From contig CAVYGB010000006.1 in assembly GCA_963767925.1 (NCBI GenBank), forward strand, positions 380,719 to 444,718: a DNA stretch of 64,000 nucleotides, read 5' to 3'. Source of the DNA: an uncultured delta proteobacterium (GTDB lineage: Bacteria > Myxococcota_A > Polyangia > Fen-1088). Both the position numbers and the translations under genes were made by a program. Of this stretch, positions 57,855 to 64,000 are shown piece after piece. The first letter of the stretch is position 1. Each line of letters begins with the position of its first letter. The notes under the pieces were generated by a model. That model was not told the origin of the DNA and made no database searches. It saw only the letters and a program-made list of their open reading frames with translations.

Positions 57855-58676
57855 CTAGCGCAGGTGAACGGCGTAGGCGTAGACGAAGGCGCCCACGAAG
57901 AGGACGGCGTCGATCCGGTCGAGGATGCCGCCGTGGCCGGGGATGAGGCGGCCCGAGTCCTTGGCGCCGGCGGCCCGCTTGATCATCGACTCGAGGAGGT
58001 CGCCCGCCGGGCCGAGGATGCCGGCGGCACCACCTATGACAATGGCGTCAGTGGCGCTGAGGGCGGGAAAAAACGTAGCCCGGGCCACGAACATGAAGGC
58101 GACACCGGTCACCAGCCCACCTACCGCCCCCTCGATGGTCTTGCCCGGGGAGATGGCGGGGGCGAGCTTGTGGCGGCCGAGGGCCCGGCCGGTGAAGTAG
58201 GCCCCGGTGTCGTTGGCGAAGGTGACCGCCACCGCGGTTGTCACCCAGAGCGAGCCGTCGGCGAGATCGCGGTGCATGAGCGGCAGGCCCACCAGCAGGC
58301 CCCCTACATAGAAGATACCGAAGCCGGTAAGGGCCAGGCGCTGGATGGCGGAGGGCAGGTCTCCGCCGGCCGCGCGCTGGGAGAGCAGGACCGCCAGGGC
58401 GACGACCACCAGGGCGGCCATCGCCCACAGCAAGGCGTGCTGGGGGCGGAGGTAGACCGCGGCGGCGAAGGCGGTCCCCACCACCACCAGGAGGGCCCGG
58501 GCGCCGGCCCGGTCGGGGCCCAGGGTCAGGTTGCCGTATTCGGTGAGGGCCACCGCCACCGCGAGCAGGGCCAGCGCGCCGAACCCCCAGGGCTGGCGCC
58601 AGAAGACCAGCAAGGCCAGGAGCGGGAGCCCCACGACCGCCGACAGGACGCGGAGGAGGAAGTTGCTGGAGGCCAC
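57855..58676 (-). CDS. cdsA: Phosphatidate cytidylyltransferase
   Basis: DTGAYFTGR, ISPGKTIEG, DLLESMIKR...KDSG...PGHGGILDRID. Confidence 0.95.
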   Translation of the reverse strand: MASSNFLLRVLSAVVGLPLLALLVFWRQPWGFGALALLAVAVALTEYGNLTLGPDRAGARALLVVVGTAFAAAVYLRPQHALLWAMAALVVVALAVLLSQRAAGGDLPSAIQRLALTGFGIFYVGGLLVGLPLMHRDLADGSLWVTTAVAVTFANDTGAYFTGRALGRHKLAPAISPGKTIEGAVGGLVTGVAFMFVARATFFPALSATDAIVIGGAAGILGPAGDLLESMIKRAAGAKDSGRLIPGHGGILDRIDAVLFVGAFVYAYAVHLR

Positions 58677-58687
58677 GGGGGACGGTT

Positions 58688-59437
58688 CTAACCGTGGGTC
58701 CGGATCTGCTCGCGGGTGCGCCCGTAGCGGCGTTCGCGGCCGCGGTAGGACTCGAGCGCGGTCAGGAACTCCTGCTTTCCGAACTCGGGCCAGAGCGTCT
58801 CGGTGAAATACAGCTCGGCGTAGGCCGCCTCCCAGAGCAGGAAGTTCGAGAGGCGCACCTCGCCCGAGGTGCGGATGAGCAGGTCGAGCTGGGGCATGCC
58901 CCCGGTCTGGAGCATGGCCGAGAAGCGCTCCTCGCTGACGTCTTCGGGCTTGAGCGCCCCCCGGGAGGCCAGCTCGCACAGGGCCTGGGTTGTCGAGACG
59001 ATCGACTCGCGGCCCCCGTAAGACAGGGCCAGACAGAGGGTCATCGACCGGTTGGCGGCCGAGTCGCGCATCAGGGCCTCGAGGGGGTCGCGCACGAACT
59101 CGGGCAGGCGCTCGGCGTCGCCGATGGTGGTGAGGCGGATGGCGTTGTCCATGATCTCGGCGCGCTCCTCGATGAGAAAGTCGCGCAGGAGCTGCATCAG
59201 GGTGCCGACCTCGTCGGTGGGGCGCTGCCAGTTCTGGGCCGAGAAGGCGTAAAGGGTGAGGGCCCGCAGCCCCGCCTCCCGGGCGGCGCGGACGATGTGG
59301 CGGACCGACTTGGCCCCCTGGCGGTGGCCCTCCACCCGCGGCAGCCCTTTCCGCTGCGCCCAGCGACCGTTGCCGTCCATGATGATCGCAACGTGGCGCG
59401 GCAAGATCGCGGGCAAGCTCGCGGGATCTAGGGACAT
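58688..59437 (-). CDS. uppS: Undecaprenyl diphosphate synthase
   Basis: HVAIIMDGNGRWA, YAFSAQNW, SYGGR, LLIRTSGEVRLSNFLLW. Confidence 0.96.
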   Translation of the reverse strand: MSLDPASLPAILPRHVAIIMDGNGRWAQRKGLPRVEGHRQGAKSVRHIVRAAREAGLRALTLYAFSAQNWQRPTDEVGTLMQLLRDFLIEERAEIMDNAIRLTTIGDAERLPEFVRDPLEALMRDSAANRSMTLCLALSYGGRESIVSTTQALCELASRGALKPEDVSEERFSAMLQTGGMPQLDLLIRTSGEVRLSNFLLWEAAYAELYFTETLWPEFGKQEFLTALESYRGRERRYGRTREQIRTHG

Positions 59438-59680
59438 GCGGCGTCTTCCGGTATCACAGCTCGCTGCTGCGGGCAACTGCGCGCTCGGCCCGCGGGCGGT
59501 CACCCGTGGGCGCCCAGCGCCTACCAGGCGGCCGCACCAGCGGGGGATACCACCCGGTAGGCCGGCGGCGGTTCCCCTGCGCGCGCCCCCCCGACCGGGA
59601 CCGAGACCGAGACCACCCGCACGCTAGCCGGGTTTACCCGCGTTGAGCGCGGCCACAGAATCGACTACGCTGCCAGGGCC

Positions 59681-60064
59681 ATGAAAGGGCAAGACGACAT
59701 CGAGTCCTACCTCCTCAAGATCGGCCTGCCCTTCGAGGCCATCGGCGAGGGGATGTGGAACATCAAGGCCGATCACGAGAACCTCGTGGTCTCCATCGCG
59801 GGTCCGGTGGTGGTTTTCCGCACCAAGGTGATGGACGTGCCGCCTCACAACCGGGAGCTGCTCTACGAGGCCCTGCTGCGCCTCAACACCACCGACCTGG
59901 TGCACGGCGCGTTCGGCATCGAAGACGCCGCCATCGTCATCGTGAACGCGCTGGAGCTCGAGAACATGGACTTCAACGAGTTCTCGGCGGTGGTCGACGA
60001 CTTTACCTTGGCGGTAACCAAACACTATCCCACACTTTCCAAGTTCAGGCCGGCGGCAGCCTAG
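59681..60064 (+). CDS. CesT/YbjN-like (type III secretion chaperone fold) protein
   Basis: Small acidic protein with LLRLNTTDLVHGAFGI...LELENMD; upstream of pspA. Confidence 0.75.
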   Translation: MKGQDDIESYLLKIGLPFEAIGEGMWNIKADHENLVVSIAGPVVVFRTKVMDVPPHNRELLYEALLRLNTTDLVHGAFGIEDAAIVIVNALELENMDFNEFSAVVDDFTLAVTKHYPTLSKFRPAAA

Positions 60065-60092
60065 GCCGGCCATCCAGTCCTGGGGACAGCAC

Positions 60093-60893
<801 letters not shown>

Positions 60894-60962
60894 CGGGTAG
60901 CTGGCCGTACATACCTCGGGGTGATCGGGGGTTTCGGTCGGGGGGGGAGGCGTGTTGTTACA

Positions 60963-62664
60963 ATGACTGGTCGTACGCGCAGCGTCGCGGATCTGCTCCT
61001 GGAGCATGCGGAGGCGAGGTCGAGCGGCGTGCTGACGCTGCTGCGCGGCCAGGTGAAGAAGTATCTCTACCTGCGCGAGGGGGTGCTGGTCTCGGCCGAC
61101 TCCAACCTGCGCGAGGAAGCCCTGGGCGCCGTGCTGGTGGCGCTGGGGCTGCTGCCGGCGTCGCGGCTGAACGAGCTGCTGGGAGAGGTCAAGCGGCGCG
61201 GCCAGAAGATGGGCAAGGTGCTCACCGACCTCGGCTGGGTCACCCCCGACGACGTGCTGGTGGCCCTGGCCGAGCAGGTGCGCGGTCGGGCGGTGAGCTG
61301 CCTGCGCTGGGCCGAGAGCGAGGCGAGCTACGAGTCGACGAACGCCTTCGTCGGCGGGCTGATCGAGCACCGCTTCGCCCTGGCGCCCCTGGTGTTCGCC
61401 GGGCTGCGGGACACCTGCACCCTCGACCTGCTGGCGGCGACGCTGGACCAGGAGAGCGGGCGGGTGCTGCGGCTGAGCCCCCGCTTCGAGCAGTACCGGG
61501 CCGACTTCGTGGCGGCGTTCGGCGAGCACGTGGCCGAGGTGCTCGACAGCGGGCTGGAGGTCTCGCAGCTCGTGCTGCGGCCGGACGCCAGCGTGCTGGC
61601 CTACGGGCTCGACGCTCTCATCGTGGCCAACCTGACCGAGCCCGAGGAGAGCAAGGCCGAGACGTTCGTGTCGGAGTCGACGGCGCGCGATCTCGACGCC
61701 GCTGCCGCTGGACGCCCTCGCCGAGCTGGCGCGGTCGCCCACCACCGGCGCGAGCAACCGCCCCCCCGGCCGCCCCGCGGGAGGCACCGGCGCAGGCGAG
61801 CCGGAGCTGCCCGACGATCTGAAGCGGGAGTACCTGGAGGTCCACGGCCGCTCGCCCGAGGAGGTGCTCGGGGTGGAGCCGGGGGCGAGCCAGGAGGCGA
61901 CTTCGAAGGCCTACGAGGCCAAGCGCGCCCGCATCGTCGAGCTGGCCACGGTGGCCCCGCACCGGAAGATGCTCGAGGAGATGCTGGAGGCGTATGCCCG
62001 GGCCCGGGCGGCGCTGGCCCGGCGGGCGATGGCCGAGACGGCGGAGTCGCCGGAGCCGGCCGAGACCTGGTCGGCAGGCGCGAGCGCGCCGCCCGGCACC
62101 GCCGACGGGCACATGGATCCGCTGGGGGCCGAGCTGGCCTTCGGCGAGGGTCAGGCGCTGCTGGCGGAGGGCAAGATGGCCGAGGCGGTCGAGCGGCTGC
62201 AGCTCGCCGTCGACTCGCGGCCCGACCAGGCCGCCTACCAGGCTTGGCTGGGCTGGGCCCTGTGGCAGGCGCAGGGCGACGGCGCCGCCGACCAGGTGCG
62301 GGAGCGCCTGGGACACGCGCTGGCCCTCGACCCGGATTCGATGGAGGCGCACGCCCTGCTGGGGACCTTCCTGTGCGCGATCCGGGCGGGAGCAGAGGCC
62401 CGGCCCCACCTGGAGCGGGCGCTGACCCTGCGGCCGGAGCAGCCGGAGGTGATCGACAAGCTGGCCGGCCTGTACATAGACGCGGGAGAGGCGGACCAGG
62501 CGGAGAAGCTATACCGCCGGGTGATCGCCGCCCTCGGCGACCGCGAGCCGGCGGTCCGGGCGATCCTCTGGGAGAAGCTCGGGCACCTGTACGAGGCCAA
62601 GCTGGGCGACCCCGCCGCCGCCGCCCTCGCCTTCCGGAGCGCCGCCGGGATCACCCCGGGCTGA
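60963..62664 (+). CDS. DUF4388-like / J-like / TPR protein, frameshift near 61690
   Basis: SGVLTL...KYLYLREG...SNLREEALG (DUF4388-like); second frame has EVLGVEPGAS (J-like, no HPD seen) and TPR repeats. Confidence 0.7.
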
Positions 62665-62684
62665 CGAGCTCGAGCGGCCGTCCA

Positions 62685-62768
62685 TTTTGCGGATAACTTC
62701 CGTAAGAAAGTTAACGCAAAAATACTTCGCCGTGATGGTTGACTGGCACCAGATCGCGGTAATATAAA
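62685..62768 (+). promoter_or_regulatory. AT-rich inverted repeat followed by a putative sigma70 promoter
   Basis: TTTTGCG..TAACTT / AAGTTA.CGCAAAA (62685-62721); TTGACT(62739)-N18-TATAAA(62763). Confidence 0.45.
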
Positions 62769-63054
62769 AAGCCGCCAAGAAGCAGAGCGCAAGGCCCAGT
62801 TCTTCGGAGGAAAAGGGGATGGTCGGCGAGATGGAGGAGGGAGCGAACGCGGTCGAGGCGCTCACCGTTTGCTCCCTGAGCCGCACAGGCAGCGGGTCCC
62901 GTCTGGCCCCCCTGGGCGGGGGGATTGCCCGCAGGCGGGAAAGATTGTTATAGGGAGAACATCAAACACCGGCGGGGAAACCACGCCGACCCTCGGGTCG
63001 CGGGGCAGTGAGCCGACAGAACCGGTTCACAGCCGGGAGGAAGAGCAAGCGACG

Positions 63055-63279
63055 ATGTCACAGCATCAGAACCACACCACGTCCAAGTTCAACGGGATCA
63101 AGGTCTTCTCGGCGACCATGGCCCAGGAACGCGAGAACCTCGGCGAGAAGGTGACGGCCTGGATCCGCGAGCATCCAGCCCACCAGGTCGTGGACACGAT
63201 CGTGACGCAATCTTCGGACGAGGCCTTCCACTGTCTGGCGATCACGCTGTTCTTCTGGGAAGAGCGCCCGGCCAAGTAG
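63055..63279 (+). CDS. Small hypothetical protein (resembles a conserved myxobacterial family)
   Basis: FNGIKVFSATMAQERENLGE...TQSSDEAFHCLAITLF; purine-rich region upstream of the ATG. Confidence 0.75.
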   Translation: MSQHQNHTTSKFNGIKVFSATMAQERENLGEKVTAWIREHPAHQVVDTIVTQSSDEAFHCLAITLFFWEERPAK

Positions 63280-63346
63280 TTTTTCTCAGTGGCACGCCGG
63301 AGCCCGCTTGATGCGTGCCCCGGCGTGCATAGATTAGTAGATCAAA

Positions 63347-63704
63347 GGGGGCGAAATAGGTTCGACGGGGGACGCAAAGTTCATGTCGCGTGCCGAGGTG
63401 TCCGAGGCCTCGTATAAAAACGGACAAAACCATATCTGCGAACGACAACGCGTTCGCTCTGGCCGCCTAAACAGCGATAGCTAGACCACGACCCGGGGAG
63501 GCGCCCGTGGCCTCGGGAAGTGGGGACCTCGCGGGCTGGTGATCGCGCAACGTCTTTCGGCGCGGTCATGAGAAACAGGAAGGGCTGGTGTTCGGGACGC
63601 CTCGCCGGTGGGCCAACCCAAACACGAGACCAAAATCGCCGGATACGCACGTAGTGGCATGCTCCTAGCGCTTCCGGACCCGGGGGCAGTACCCGGCGCC
63701 TCCA
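63347..63704 (+). ncRNA. ssrA: tmRNA, tag ANDNAFALAA
   Basis: 5' GGGGGCG pairs with 3' CGCCTCC-A (G3.U70); TCGAC in the D-loop region; tag ORF at 63438-63470; upstream TTGATG-N16-TAGATT promoter. Confidence 0.96.
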
Positions 63705-63707
63705 CAG

Positions 63708-64000
63708 TTAAGTTAGGTAGTTACGGTTCGTTCTGACGTCGTTGCCGTCAGGTTGTCGTAGATCCGCGTCAGACGTCGGATCCCGGTGCGCGGCGGGGCT
63801 TACCCCGCCTGGGCTGGCAGCCAGGCCCAGCAGGCCGACCGCGTCCCGACGGGCGTCGGGCGACAGGTGCGCGTACCGCATCGTCATCTCGATCGAAGCG
63901 TGGCCCAGTAGCTCCTGCACAGCCTTGATCGGAGCGCCCCGCATGACGAGGTGGCTCGCGAACGTGTGCCGGAGCATGTGGAACCCCACCTGCCGAAGAC
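63708..64000 (-). mobile_element. C-terminus of a tyrosine recombinase/integrase (partial, runs off the window); edge of an element integrated at ssrA
   Basis: [11 protein letters not shown]...QELLGH...MTMRYAHL catalytic motifs; its stop is 3 bp from the tmRNA 3' end. Confidence 0.92.

Noticed and set aside
62744..62760. Sigma54 promoter TGGCAC...GC (also near 63290)
   Set aside because: GG-to-GC spacing is 9 nt rather than the required 10, and there is no TTGC.

Overview
Very GC-rich bacterial DNA. Gene content (TIGR02266/PilZ-like protein, Ser/Thr kinase-TPR pair, split atp operon with two b subunits, CesT-PspA pair) points to Myxococcota/deltaproteobacteria, which is an inference. The left half (about 2.2-31.2 kb) is accessory DNA ending at the 3' end of a tRNA-Asn(GTT). 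It holds a YqeY-like/MazF fusion, katG next to a collapsed oxyR remnant, a BON-MscS channel, a large cytoplasmic signalling cluster (8 HisKA H-boxes, 6 intact receivers, 2 MEDS, FIST, many PAS/GAF, no output domain) and several gene fragments. The right half is mostly core genes: ggt, biotin carboxylase, atpF'FHAGDC, THUMP methyltransferase, moaD-moaE fusion, rne/rng, cdsA, uppS and pspA. It ends with tmRNA, followed immediately by a convergent tyrosine integrase. The best candidates for novelty are the YqeY-MazF fusion with a nested hairpin downstream, a roughly 330-nt highly structured RNA-like region in front of rne/rng, the translationally coupled multi-kinase operon, and a one-piece tmRNA with an alphaproteobacterial-type T-loop. 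Frameshifts in atpA suggest indel errors in the assembly, so pseudogene calls resting on a single frameshift are weak. All domain calls are by motif recognition, not database search.
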